DNA from: Camelus ferus
Taxonomy: Eukaryota
Length of the DNA stretch: 64,000 nt
Reading direction: 5' to 3'
NCBI RefSeq assembly: GCF_009834535.1
Contig: NC_045696.1
Coordinates: forward strand, 5,830,001-5,894,000
Of this stretch, positions 11,146-24,345 are shown in pieces (within the stretch, counting starts at the first letter, position 1; every line of letters starts with the position of its first letter). Both the position numbers and the translations under genes were made by a program. The notes under the pieces are model-generated. The model made no database searches, was not told the origin of the DNA, and saw nothing but the letters and a program-made list of their open reading frames with translations.

Positions 11146-13009
11146 ACAAGTAACCATTAAAAAGGTTGAATGCAACCAAGGCATGACTGGGCTGGGGGGG
11201 CGTGGGGGCGTGAGGTCTCAGTTTCCCTGGGGACTGGGAAGAGCCACTTGGAAGAGGGGTGACACTTGGAGGAGGGTCTCAGGAGGCCTGACAGGCCTCC
11301 ATGCTTCATTCCCAACCCTTGCCTTTGGCTGGGCCACCGAGGGGCCGGGGATGGGGAGACCCTGAGGCTTGCTTTGTGGGCGAGGGGCCCGCCGGTTCAC
11401 GTGCAGCTGTGCTGTGCTCAGAGGGGCCACAGGGGTCCCCTTGCTGGGCTCTTGAGACTTGAGGGCTGAGATGCCAGGACCCTGAGCCCTGGTCAAGCTC
11501 TTTGCAGAAGCATCGAGGCCCACCGTAGGGATACCCAGAGTGCACCCTGGCTGCAGACGTAGTCAGGGTAAGACTGGTGGAAAGCTGCCCTCTCCCCCAG
11601 AGCCCGGCCATTTTCTGCCAGCTCTCCTGCCTTCCCAGGGGCTGGAAGGCCAAACTCTTAGGGGGGAGGGGGAGGGGAAGGGGCAACAACTGGACTGATG
11701 GACAGCACATTAGCCTGCGTGGCGGCCTCATTTCTGTTCCAGCATCTTCCCCAGCAAGTCACCAGGGGGACCATCTCCAGATGCCCAAATCCAGAAAGAT
11801 GGAAAACCTTGTTTAGGGGCAAAGTGTGGTGCCGGTGTTCCCCCCCAGGAGCCGGTTGTGGGTTCGCACATGTGTGCAGAGAAAACATTCTGGTTTTCTG
11901 TGTTGGTTCTCACTGTGTTATTTGGAGTCTGTCCAATGCCTTCCCAGTGAAGTTTCATTTTCCACTCATCCCCCCACGTTGTCCAAAAGGGCCAGAACTT
12001 CCCAAGCTGTAGGGTAACGTGTTTGTCGTCTTTGAGAGGATAAGACACTCGCTAAGCACTTAGCCCTTGAGTGGAGACGCTACGTCACAGCACGAGTGGC
12101 AGCAGGGCCGGGCCCGCCGGGAGGCACGGCCCTGGCTGGGGGCTGTCTGTGTCGCCAGAGGCAAGCTCGGCTGCCAGCGCTCACTGGCCAGGAGTCAGCT
12201 CCCCCGAGGGATGTCTGCGCGGGGCGGGGAGGGAGGACCACACAGCTAAGCTGGCCTGGTATGTCCTGAGTTCAGGGTCAACTGAGAGGAGCATCCAGTA
12301 TCCGCATGACTAGCCCACCTAGGGGCGTCTTCCACCCCCTGAAACGTCTTCAGGTCTGTGATGAGGGGGATGGATGGGGGGATTGCAGCTTACATCTACA
12401 AAGTGACAATTATTCGTGAGAAAGACCCCAGTGGCAGGAGCCTGCGGTCTTACGGTCTGTGCCCTGGGTTAAGTGCGGGCCTTGGGATGCAAGTGGCTGG
12501 ATGGGCAGTGGGTGGACCAATGCAGAGAGAGAGGAATCTCTACCATGTTCTGGAGCCTTCTTGAATCTGTGACCACCCGTAACAACCCCCGGAGAAGAAA
12601 TCCTTGTTCTCCTCAGAATTATGTTCTGTGATCTCTGAATGAGCAATATTTTCATTTTTGGTGGATTGTGGCTCAACATCTGGAAGGTTTACCTGGACTC
12701 CTCCCCGGGAGTGGGACAACCTTGCTCGGGCCCCCCGGGGTGGGCTCGTCCTGCGGCCGCGGTGGGCGGCGGGGCCCCAGCAGCTGCTCGGATTACTGAC
12801 GCTGTTTCCCACTGAGGTTGTTGGAACAGGTAAATGATGACATTTCCAGGAGAACAGCCTACGAAGGAGTACAGAATGCATTCCTGTATCCAGTTCGCAC
12901 CCCCAATCCAGGGTGCTGGGGCTCCGGGAAGGGCACCCACTTCAGCTTCTTTAACCAGTGCTCACCTTTCAATGTGGCCATTCTAACATCATTCTGAGAA
13001 ACAACCCTC

Positions 13010-13170
13010 GAATGAGGACAGCTGGCTCTGGGTCCTGCTTCTGCCGTGAAGGATCTCGGAGAAGTTACGTGACCTCCCTGAGCCTCAGTCTCCTCTTCTA
13101 TGAAGGAGCAGCGAATCCCTGAATCGTGATGCCATTGGGAGAATTAGACAAGAGAATGTGTGTGACCTAA
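13010..13170 (+). mobile_element. MIR SINE remnant
   Basis: agttacgtgacctccctgagcctcagtctcctcttctatgaa resembles the MIR core. Confidence 0.6.
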
Positions 13171-13767
13171 GAGAAATGGATGGAAATGTTACAAGAGGTT
13201 ATGATGATGATGGTCTAATCTCCTGATATTATAACTTTAATATTTTTTAGAAAGCTTTTCCTTCTGTGAACAGAAATCTGCCCCGTGTGTCTCACACTCG
13301 GTAGATCTAGCTTGCATCTTTGGAACAAAAGAAAGCCACTCCTACCTCCTCTTCCAAGTCACCACCCTCTTAAAGATCTTGGATTTGGCAAGTGCTTTCT
13401 GTGGGTCCATCTCTTGCATCCCACGTTAGACATACTCGGTTCTTTTCCACCGTCCCCCAAACCATATGGTTTCAGTGCCTGCCACCACCTTAGTTTCATT
13501 GCCTGGACACTCTTGGATCCTACAACTGTCTTAAAAAGTTATGTCCAGAAGCGGAGCGAATATTCCAAATTGATGTAGCATAAAAAGAGGGCTCGATCCA
13601 ACTGTGTTTTTGCAGCCCTTTATTGTGTTTTCTCCCTCTTGTTAAAGCAGAGACCTTTTCTATGGTCCACCTTTTCTGCTGGAACTTTACCAATGCCTCG
13701 TAAAGTTGGCTGCATAGATTGGATGAGTAATATATGTCATGGACAATAATAATAATTCTCTTCAAGA

Positions 13768-13963
13768 GTGTGGTGAGCCGAAGCTGGCTTTTACCCTCTT
13801 CTGAGAACCAATTGTTAAATAATCAGAAATTTGAGGGATCTGGTTGTTAAACTGTTGCTGCCTTGGAACAGCCACGGTGGGAGCATTTACACCATGGAAA
13901 CTGGCAAAGGCTACAAGCCGCGATTTTGACTTTCCTCTCAAAGAGATGGTTTACCAGCAGCAC
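13768..13963. mobile_element. hAT DNA transposon (MER63-like)
   Basis: gagaaccaattgttaaat...ggttgttaaac...gggagcatttacaccatggaaactggcaaa...ttaccagca. Confidence 0.6.
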
Positions 13964-15277
13964 ACAGATGAGAAAAACCTGTCACTCATTCCTGGAGAAA
14001 AATGAGGAAGACACAGAGGATAACATTTTTTTTTTGCTTTCTGGAATATATGTATTTTTCTCAATAAAGAATAAAAGCCACTCTGGGTTAAAGGTGGGCA
14101 ACTGACAATAATCATAATATTCTGAGGCGCATGTGTAATTGAAACGTAACCTCCCTCCACCCGCACGAAGGCTTTGGTTCAGCCAGGAAATTTTGCTGAG
14201 AGAATGTAAGGCTGCAGACACTCGGGCTGTGACCCCGCAGGTCTTCCTGTCATCATTTTAGACACTTCTTTACTTTAAAGAAACTGGGCTGAGAATGAAA
14301 TTCAGCTAATGTTCAAGTTTAGTTTTCTGAAAATAACTTGCCACTTGGGAAGGTGGTAAAGAGTGTTGATCTCAGCTGCTTGGCTGAACTTCCTCGTAAA
14401 GTTTTAACTTCACCAAGCCCAAGTCTAGGCACAGTGTTTCTTAAGGGCTAATTCATTCTGTGGGTGTTCCTTAGGTTCTGGAATTTCAGGGTTCCAGCCC
14501 TAAATTACTCTTTTAGGGAGAACCAGCCTCTCTTGAGAGGCCTCACGCGGCGGAGCTTGGCTGATATGCAAAACATTGAAAGACTTAATTTTTTTCTTTT
14601 CAAAATAGATTCAACTTCAGTAAACCTTAAGCCAAGCCTCTCGCAGATGGCAGACAGCTTAATTGCTGCGGTTAAACTCGCCTGACATTTTTTGGGAAAA
14701 CTTTGGGTGTTAGAATAATCCATCGGACCTGGAGGAAATAGCTTCCAACCCACACAGAGACCGGCATGTGGACCAGCCTCTCAGTGTGGTGGCTGAAGCT
14801 TTGTCCCAGGATGTTCTATTTTTCTCCCTGCCCTTTTCAGGCTTGCTTGAATGGCTTGCAAGTCCAGTGTGTATCGTTTGGGCAGCAAATCAATAGAGAC
14901 CCAAGATGAAGTGACTCAGCATCGCTGTTTCTGCCTGCGCCCCATCTGTGCTCCGGGAGCATCTGAGAGGGGGGATGACAAGGTCAGTTGACTCTATTCA
15001 TGTATTAGCTTCATTTATTTATTGACTTATTTTTAAAAATTTGCAGGCACCGTGTGCCTCTAGGTAGCTCACATCATGGGTACCTGATGGCATGAGCTGT
15101 GAATTGCAAGAGACATCACTTCTTTCTGGAGTGCCACCCATATGGCGGGCACGTCCGAGGCTCTATTCTCTTGGAAAATTCATTTTCTGCCTCTGTCAAT
15201 AAGGGGTATCTTCTAAGTGAAAGATTTCTGCTTCAACTAGAATTTATGATTTGGGGACTCAGAAAATATTCAGCATG

Positions 15278-15483
15278 GGTGTTCGAGATTTGCAAATACT
15301 ATTACATATAAAAATAGATAAAAAACCAAATTTCTTCTGTAGAGCACAGGGAACTATACTCAATATCTTGTGGTAACCTATAATGAAAAAGAATATGAAA
15401 ACAAATTCATGTATGAACGTGTATGACTGAAACATGCTGTACACCAGACACTGACACATTGTATACTTCAATGAAAACAAAAA
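15278..15483 (+). mobile_element. Short L1 3' tail
   Basis: gagatttgcaaatact...agcacagggaactatactcaatatcttgtggtaacctataatgaaaaagaatatg...cttcaatgaaaacaaaaa. Confidence 0.85.
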
Positions 15484-16634
15484 GGTGATTGCACCCAAGA
15501 TTCCTGCCATCTTAATGGCAAAGTCAAAGACAAAACCCAGAGGAAAATGTCCTTGTTTCCTTTAAAAACCAAGGGCTGTGGAGTTTGATTACATTTTTAT
15601 AAACCGTGTTTATAAACACTTGCAAACACCCCAGAGCACGAACAGTCAACCCATGTTTGTACTATAAATGGATTTGTTTTAACCGGTTCTCTTATGTGTG
15701 TCACTGTGCAGATGGATGACAGTTCTTGGCTTTGACCCCAGCTTCTCAGAATCAAATGTGCACAGTCACTGGGCAGCTGCAGATGTCCTGTGTCACCTCG
15801 GACACATGGCGGGAAGAAAGAATCCAGGGTTGGGGTGGCGCCTGGTGGGCACAGTGGGACCTGGCCCTGAGCCCAGAGGAGGAGCTGAGGAGGGAAACAG
15901 GCGATTTAAGTGGTGGTCATTGGACATTTGACCGGATTTGTTCACAGAGTGGGCAGGACACCCTCGAGAACCCCCAGGCAAGGGCCCAAGGGTGGGCTGT
16001 CATTAGCAGGGTAGGATGGGCTCTGAGAAAGCGTGTGGCCCAAGCTGGTGTCCAGAGTTGGTGGGAGCGATTAGCAGTGTTTGTCCAACTCATGGTCCTC
16101 ATCAGAGCAGTTTGGAAGATGAACACCCCTGCCCTCAGATCACTAGAGGGGGTTGTTCATGTGGATCACAGGCAGTGATCCACATCCAAGGGCTCTGAGA
16201 AAGACGTGACTGAAACCATATTACATCCACTCACGTGCTGTAGACAGGGCTGGCTTTGTAATTGTGCTCAATTTGGAGATGGAAACGTCGAGGCTCAGAG
16301 AGCCCACTGGATCGCCCAGCTGGCACCTCAGTGCATCTCAGCTCAGGAGACAGACCACGGGACATCCTCACTTTATCTTCCTCTTTTCCTCATTGCCCAT
16401 TCTGGGGTGCCTCCATCAAGGCTGCTGTTTAACCAGTTGTCATTTGTTTCATTAAATACATTCAAGTGTTTTTCTCTCACAAGAGCCATCCCTGCTTGGA
16501 CACGTTCCTCTCACAAAATACCTTGGTGGTTGCTGGTGATCTGCTTGCCTTCCCTTTACCTTCACCAAGAAAATCAAAGATTGAAGTCCCTTTGCAGAAG
16601 AGAAACTTTCCATTTATAAGCTTAAAAGGGTTCA

Positions 16635-16960
16635 TTGTCATTAGGAAGTTTCGGGCTGCCGGCTAAGGAGAATCCTAGTGAAAAAGGCTTAAATACCAAA
16701 AAACTACGTAGTAAAGCCCAGAGGCAGCACTTCTGGATTCAGTGGCTCAACGATGACATTCAGGACGAGGACCCCTTCCCTCTTTGAGTTGTGTCCTCCT
16801 TCACCTTGTTCTCTTCTGGTCAAAAGATGGCTGCTGCTGCTGCTGCTCCAGCCATCACCTCAACACACAGACCATTTAGAAGCAGCCCCATTTCCCCTCA
16901 CATGACTTTCTTTATCAAAGAGGAAAAAGTTTTCTAGATACCTCTGCTGTTCCCCAGGTT
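16635..16960. mobile_element. Ancient ERVL LTR remnant (LTR33-like)
   Basis: cagtggctcaacgatgacattcagg...caaaagatggctgctgc...ccagccatcacct. Confidence 0.45.
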
Positions 16961-19123
16961 TCTTCCAGCTCACTCACATGCTCAGTCAGGCCACACCCCC
17001 TCACTGGGGTGCTTGGTCCCCTGCACGCTGTACTGGGCAGGGGGCTCTTCCCTCAGTCTCATCTAGGTTCCCATCTCTGTGGCCCCTTCTTCTTTTGTCT
17101 CCTTTCCTGAGCTGAGGATTGGAGTTCTCCTTGAGGTTTGCAGCCATCCCTCCTCTGTGCCTGGGGTTTTCTGGGCCTCCCAGGTATCTTTCTGGGTTCT
17201 TCAAGGCTCTGGACCCAACCACAGAGGTGTGGGCCACAGGGGTCCGTTTGCACTTCCTCCTGCTCTCTCTTCTCCTGTCTCTGACTCCCTGGGTCACATG
17301 ACACAGGAGCTGGGTTTCTGACATTTTCAATTTCATGTTCTTCTCTTAACAGTAGCTTGGTCACCATAAGGGAAGGGGGATCCTCCCTTCCCCAGGAAGC
17401 ATCTCGAAGATCTGACCGCTCTCCGCTTTGAACGTAGAAAATCCTCCTTCTCAATAGGAACAGACTTTCAAGGGACAGTCCTGCTGAGATGCAAATAAGC
17501 CACTTGGCAGTCAGAGCTGAGTTACTGAGTAAAGTAATTTGTGTAGAGCACGGAGGCGAGTTTCTGGCACATCCGGAGCCCTCACGGGAAGTAGCTGCTG
17601 ACGTGATGATGATTATGAGTGAGAACCCCTGGGCTTCAGTGTCACAGTCAGTCCTGCCCTGAGGTCCAGACGAGAAGGGCCTCACCTTGGCTTCCTCGTG
17701 GGGCCAGGAGTCTGTGGGCCGAGCCTGGCCCCCACTTCTAGACCGTGCTCCCGGTGCTAGGGGCTCTGGAATTCCCTCCCTGGTGGTCCCAAGACTGCTT
17801 CTGCCCGGGGTTGCCCTCCCCAGGGTGAGCCTGTGGCAGACCCAGCGGGCGGCTGCAGATTGGCTGTTTGTGGGATGAGTGATGGACATGCAAATGAGCT
17901 GCACATCACAGTGCGGGAGGTTTCTCAGGGGGTGGACAGAACCGGGTGAGGGGAGAGCGAGAGAACGGACGGGGGTGGCTGTGGGCCAGTGGAGGGGCCA
18001 GCTCCTCCCACGCCACCCGATTCCAGAACTCCTGGGACTGTGAGTCATCTTAATTCATCTCGGGTTTTCCAGGCTGTTCCAAGGTATATTTATCAAGGTG
18101 GACGGCTAGGGCACAGCTTGGCACTTTGTCCACTTGACTGCTCACTTGTAAATGTTTAAGTGTGTGGTTTGCAGGTCTCCATTGTTATTCACCTCCAGGA
18201 CCCCCAGCCGTGTAAGGGTGGGCCTGATGGTAATGGTGTCCCTAAGCTGCCATTATTGAGGTGCCTTAACCATTGACAGAGCTGTCTCAGTTTACACTAT
18301 CTTCTCCAATTGCTCTTATTTAACTTTTAAAACGACCGCCGACGGGGGTGTTGCTGGGATCCCCACTTGACAGGGTTGAACGCTCTGAAGCTAACACATC
18401 ACGTAATCCCACCTTGTGGTTTACGTTTCTTTCCTAGAAGAAAAATGATCGAGGCTTTGCACACATGGGGCCAGTGTACACCCAGCGCTGGGAGTTCCTC
18501 CGTGCGGCAGACCGTCCTCGCTGGTCCTAAGGAACAGAGTGGCTTTGTTTCTTTGATAGATATGCTCTCGCAGCTGCCATCCTTCACGTGCCTCCTAATG
18601 GCCTTTGGAAATGTCACCTCCTAACAAGGACAGGACGCTTGGCAAGAAAACCTCTGCAGAGATGCTTGTTCTCAGAGCTGCTCCAGTTCTGCCAAAGGCG
18701 GAAAATTACAGGACGTGGTTCCCGCTCTCCAACTGGTGAGGAGAACGGAGGAGGAAATGCAGAACAAGAGAGTATGTGTTTTTAAAAAATGTACTTCTCA
18801 ACAATTTTAATTAAAAAAATTAATAGGAAATGTATTCACACGGCTCAAAATTAATAAACCACAGAAGGTTCTTCCCTCAACACGAACCCTCCACCTACCC
18901 ACTTTTCTTTGCTGTTGACAATCAGTCTTACTCATTTCTTCCAGAGATATTTTACGTATATAGATTTTATACATATTATATATACATGTAAATATATGTA
19001 TGTATATTTTATGTATATGTAAGTCAATAATATACGTGTACACTTATATATAATATACAAACACATTTCTTCTCCCTTTTACACAAGTGGTAATACACTT
19101 AAAAAATAGACTTTAGACTTTTT

Positions 19124-19398
19124 TTTTATTGAGTTATAGTCAGTTTACAATGTTGTGTCAATTTCTGGTGTACAACACAATTTTTCAGTCATACATGAAT
19201 ATACATATATTCATTTTCATGTTCTTTTTCACTGTGAGCTACTACAAGATCTTGGCTATATTTCCTTGTGCTATACAGTATAAACTTGTTTATCTATTCT
19301 ATATATACCTGTCAGTATCTATAAATCTCAAACTCTCAGTCTGTCCCTTCTCATCTGCCTCTCCCCTGGCAACCACAAGTCTGTATTCTATGTCTGTG
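19124..19398 (-). mobile_element. Young L1 3' tail nested at the polyA end of another L1
   Basis: TSD agactttagacttttt at 19108-19123 and 19399-19414. Confidence 0.85.
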
Positions 19399-19409
19399 AG
19401 ACTTTAGAC

Positions 19410-19966
19410 TTTTTAATTGAAGTTTAGTTGGTTTCCAATGTTGTGATAGTTTCAGGTGTATAGCAAAGTGATTTGGTTTATATATATATATATTTCAGAT
19501 TCTTTTCCTTTATAGGTTATGACAAGATATTGAATATAGTTCCCTGTGCTATACCGTAGGGCCTTGTTGTTTATCTATTTTATATATAGTAGTTTGCATC
19601 TGTTAATCCTAAACTCCTGATTTATCCCTCCCCCTCTTTCCCTTTTGGTAACCATAAATTTGTTTTCTATGTCTGTGTCAGTTTCTGTTTTGTAAATAAG
19701 TTCATTTGTATCATATAAATGATATCATATGATATTTGTCTGACTTATTTCAATTATTATGATAATCTCCAAATCCAACTATGTTGCTGCAAATGACATT
19801 ATTTCATTCTTTTTTATGGCTGAGTAATATTCCACACACACACCACATCTCCTTCATCCATTCATTGGTCAATGGGCATTTAGGTTGCTTCCACGTCTTG
19901 GCTCTTGCAAATAGCGCTGCTATGATCATTGGGGTGCATGTATCTTTTCCAATTAGAGTTTTCATC
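19410..19966 (-). mobile_element. L1 3' fragment
   Basis: aattgaagtttagttggtttccaatg...ggggtgcatgtatcttttccaattagagttt; aaaaatagac repeated at 19102-19111 and 19967-19976. Confidence 0.85.
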
Positions 19967-19976
19967 AAAAATAGAC

Positions 19977-20270
19977 AGTTTTTAAGGTAGTTTCCAGTTC
20001 ACAACAAAACTGAATGAAGGTACAAAGGTTTCCCATGTACTCTCCGTCCCCACACACCTACAGCCTCTCCCGTTATCAACATCCCCCACCAGAGCGGTAC
20101 ATCTGTTACAACTGCTGACCCGACGTTGACTCATCATCACGCGGAGCCCCTGGTTTACATGGGGCTCACCCTTGGTGCTGTATGTTCTATGGGTTTAGAA
20201 AAATGTTTGACACGTATCCATCATGACAGCATCATACCAAATAGTTTCACTGCCTTAAACATCCTCTGAG
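19977..20270 (-). mobile_element. Old L1M 3'UTR
   Basis: acaacaaaactgaatgaaggtacaaaggtttcccatg...aatagtttcactgccttaaacatcctctg. Confidence 0.7.
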
Positions 20271-20308
20271 AGCACATATTTTAATACTTAACCATGTGGG
20301 GGGTCTGC

Positions 20309-20627
20309 AGCACAGGCTGGAAAACTTCCTCTGTGAAGGGCCGGATGGTGAGCACGGGCCACACCGTCTCGGCCCCAGCTCCCCAGTCCTGCTGTTGTTG
20401 CAGGAAAGCCGCCCCAGACAGCACGTGAGCGAGCGGGCGTGTGCTTCAGCGAACCTTCATTACGGACGCTGTAGTTTGAATTTCATATACTTTCAGCCTG
20501 CCATGAAATATCATGTTTCTTTGGGTTTTTCCCCATTCCTTTAAAAAGATAACGCCTAAGCTTGCTGGCTGTGCAGAGACGAGTGGCGGGCTGGGTTTGA
20601 CTTGAGGCCTGTGGTTGCTGACCCCCT
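20309..20627. mobile_element. MER58B-like hAT-Charlie MITE
   Basis: aaacttcctctgtgaagggccggatggtg...gggctgggtttgacttgaggcctgtggttgctgacccc. Confidence 0.7.
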
Positions 20628-22246
20628 AGTTGAGAGCAGTTTCTCTTAAATTGCTTAGTAGAGCAAAATTTCTTCGTGGGCGGTCAGCAGGCATGCAGAA
20701 GGGTAAGTCTGGGAACCGCCATAGGCTCTGTGTGTCCTTCTTAGAGAGTTGTGGTGCACGTGAGCATCACAAAGGCTCTGAGCAGTCCTGCAGCAACATG
20801 ACCTCGGCAACACTTTCCTGCTGTTTAGTTGGAGCAGCATTTCCCAACTTGGTCATGAGAACCTTCCTCCTCCTCCTCCTTCAGCACAGAATAGGTATGA
20901 ACTTGCTGTAGAACTGCTATTTTGAAGAACCCAGATTGAGAAATGTTGGCCCAGAGGTCCCGAGCTGTAGAGAGCAGAGTTTGGAAGTGGTGGGAGGAGC
21001 CCAAGGAGGGATTTTGGAGAAGTTGGGATTTATATCAACTTTCTTGAGTTCAGCTTCGGATGGAGGGATTCTTTAGGGGAAAAGCTAAAACCCACTGTGC
21101 ACAGTAGACTCTTCATTCCCCTTCCCCCAAGCCTGGTCCTCCCCTCTCAGTCGACAGACCTGCACTCATCCAGCTGCTTGGACCAAAACAGGACTTGTTT
21201 GTGACCTCCCTCCTTTCTTTTACTCCGCATCCAATTTATCAGCAGATTTTCAACTCTACCTTCAAAACACGTGATGAATCCAACCTCTCTCACCACCTCC
21301 ACTCCGGCCCAGCTGCCCCACAATAGTTAGCACCCTATTCCTCAAATATTCCTAGACCAACAGTCTCCAGAGTCGGGAGGACAGGAAGCCATTCAATCTT
21401 TCATTCATATTTTCTCATTTCCTTTCCTTCTGTCTATTTAATAATGTGCACATTGTCCATTTTCAAATGTACCTAATATGTCACTACACAGAACATGTTT
21501 ATCATTTATAAATAATGTGTGTGTGTGTCTATGTATGCGGAGGGAGGAGTGGAGAACTGGGGCTACTTTGAGGTGCCATCTCTCACACACACAGAACGAA
21601 ACCCAGCTCCGCTGAGAACAGCTAGAGATGAAGACAATAGGAAAAGTATTTGAAGGCATTGAGAGTTAACAGAACAGTGAAGAATTTTCAGGCCAAGATC
21701 TGGGAGAGGAATAAAATACAGAAAGGTGAGCCAGCATTTGTGATCACTTTCCCCCAGGTGTCATTTTTCCAGAAGGAGAAAGAAACTGAGAGGGTAAGAA
21801 GCCAACAGAGCTGTTGATAGACAATGCGGAGAGAAGAACAAACATTGGGGTTCAGGGCCTGCAAGGAACTGGAGGCCCTGGACACCCCCCAGCCCCCAGG
21901 ATATTTGGTTTGGGAAAACTGCACAGGACTATAGTCTAGAAGTAAGGGGGTGGCAGAAATTCACTTCAAGGAATGAAGCCCAGCTTTGCATTGTTTCTGT
22001 CCCAGACTGGACGAAGGAGATCAGGCTCTGCTGGTGCTCACAGCTGTCTCTCGTAAGGAGATGCAGTCTCCCTCTGGACCAAGGAAGTGCCCCCCAAGAT
22101 CTCTATGTTTTTCATACACAGTGTCTGGCATTCCATCAAAACTACCTGTGCATAAAGAGACAAAACAATGATATTAAAAAGAGAGAGAATAAAGAGGTAA
22201 AGAGAACATATCGACAGGGAATCCAAAATAGTGGATTTAAACTTCA

Positions 22247-22478
22247 TGATTTGCAGACACAAACTACTATATATAAAATAGATACATAGCAGGTGTCTTC
22301 TGTATAGCACAAGGAACTATATTTAATATCTTATAGTAACCTATAATGAAAAAGGATATGAAAACAAATATATGTCTGTACATGTATGACTGAAACATCA
22401 TGCTGTGCACCAGAAACTGACATATTGTAAACTGACTAGACTTCAATAAAAAAAACACCCCCCCAACCAAACAAAAAA
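22247..22478 (+). mobile_element. Short L1 3' tail, apparently within an older L1 ORF1-like remnant extending to ~22920
   Basis: gatttgcagacacaaactactatatataaaatagat...gacttcaataaaaaaa; the downstream A-rich flank (attagatgcagctgaggagaaaattagtg) resembles decayed L1 ORF1. Confidence 0.8.
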
Positions 22479-23051
22479 GTAACTATGCTTAACATAGTCA
22501 TGGAAATAAATACAAATTGAGGATTTGGGTAGACGACTGGAAACTATAAAGGAGAATCAGAAGAAAATCTTGGAAATGAAAAATACAATTAAAGTTAAGG
22601 TCCTAAGGGTTCATACCCAGATTAGATGCAGCTGAGGAGAAAATTAGTGTACTGGAACAAGAGAAGTATCTAGAAGGAAGCTCAGAGGGAAGAAGCAGGA
22701 AAGAGCCAGAGATATTAGGATGCAGAGAAAGGTCTGACATGCACATATCCAAAGCCCCAGAAGGACAGAAGGGAGAAAATGAGGCGGAAGTTATATTGGA
22801 AGAGAGAATGACAGAAGAAATTCTAAAACAGATATCAAACCACATATTCCAGAAGGACTGTGAGCCCTAAGCAAGATAAATATGAAGAAAGCTGCATCTA
22901 AGCGCATCACAGTAAAACAGCTGGCTGCCAAGGACAAAAGGAAACCTCAAAAGAATCAAATCCGAATTCCCTACCACAATGACTACATGATCTGTTCAAC
23001 TTCATCTCTTACCACCCTCCACCTTGTTTATGCCATGCCAGCTGTTTATTG

Positions 23052-23922
23052 CCCAGTTTTATTGGGCTATAATTGACATACAGCATTATATTAGTCCAAG
23101 GTGTACAAATGTAATAATCTGCTGTATGTACATATTGCTAAGTGATCCCCACAATAAGTTTAGTTAACATCCATCACCTCACGTAGTTACACGTTTCTTT
23201 TCCTTGGGATGGTAACTTTTAAGATCTACTTTCTTAGAAACTTTCAAATATACAAGACAGTATTGATAACTATGGTCACCACGCTATACATTACACCCCC
23301 AGGACTTATTTACCTTATAACTGGAAATTTGTGCCTTTTGACCCCCCCATTTCACCCACCCTGTACTGCTGGCAACCACCAATCTATTCTATCTATGAGT
23401 TTTTTTTAGATTCTGTGTATAAGTGAGATCATACAGTATTTGTCTCTCTGTCTGAATTATTTCATTTAGCATTAATGCCCTCAAGGACCGCCCATCCATG
23501 ATGTCACAAATGGCAAGAGTTCCTTCTTTTTTATGGATGAATAATATTCCATTATATACCTGTATCTCTCTTTTTTTCTCTATCTATCTAAAATCACATT
23601 TTATCCACTCATCCATCAGTGGACACTCAGGTTGTTTCCATGTCTTGGCTACTGTAAATACTGCTGCACTGAACACTGGATGCAGATATGTTTTTGAGAT
23701 AGTGATTTAATTTCCTTTGAATAAATTCCCAGGAGTGGAGTTGCTAGATCATATGGTAGTTCTATTTTTAAGTTTTTGAGAAACGTCCATCCTGTTTTCC
23801 ACAGTGGCTGTACCAATTTATAGTCCCAGCAATAGTCACAAACTTCCCCTCTTCTCCACATCCTCACTAGCCCTTGTCCTCTTTTGTCTTTTTGATGGCA
23901 GCCATTCCAACAGAGGTGAAGT
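23052..23922 (-). mobile_element. L1 (L1MA9-like) 3' fragment
   Basis: ORF 23649-23867 ([28 protein letters not shown]) is ORF2-like and is followed by a typical 3'UTR. Confidence 0.85.
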
Positions 23923-23924
23923 CA

Positions 23925-24345
23925 CTCCAGCCTTCTTGATTTGCGGTTCCTTGAACACAGCAGGCTTGTTCCTACGTCAGGACTTCTGTTCCCTCTCCCT
24001 AGGAAGTTTTCCCCAGATGTTTGCTTGGTTCCTCCCCTCACCTCAGTCAGGTCTTTGCTCAAACATCACCTCCTAAGAGAGGCTTTCTTTGATTCCCTAG
24101 GAATCCCTTGGCCCCACGGTTCTCTGTTCACTTCCATGGTGTTATTTCTCTTCACCCCCCGATGTGTTACTACATGCGGTGTGTATTTATGTGTTATTTG
24201 GTCCCTGTCACTAGAATGGCAGCCCTATGAGGGCAGGACCCTGTCTTGTTCACTCCTGCATTGAATACACTTAGCACTTGGAACAGTGCCTGGCCCAGAA
24301 TTCGCCTCAATAAACATTGTTGGGTGCACGAATGAATGAATCAGT
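23925..24345 (+). mobile_element. L2 3' end
   Basis: tcaggtctttgctcaaacatcacctcct...gagggcaggaccctgtcttgttcact...cagtgcctggccca...tcaataaacattgttg...gaatgaatgaat. Confidence 0.8.

Noticed and set aside
17059..18048. Longest ORF in the track (329 aa, - strand)
   Set aside because: Low-complexity S/R/P/G-rich translation with no recognisable domain or exon structure; expected by chance in GC-rich DNA.
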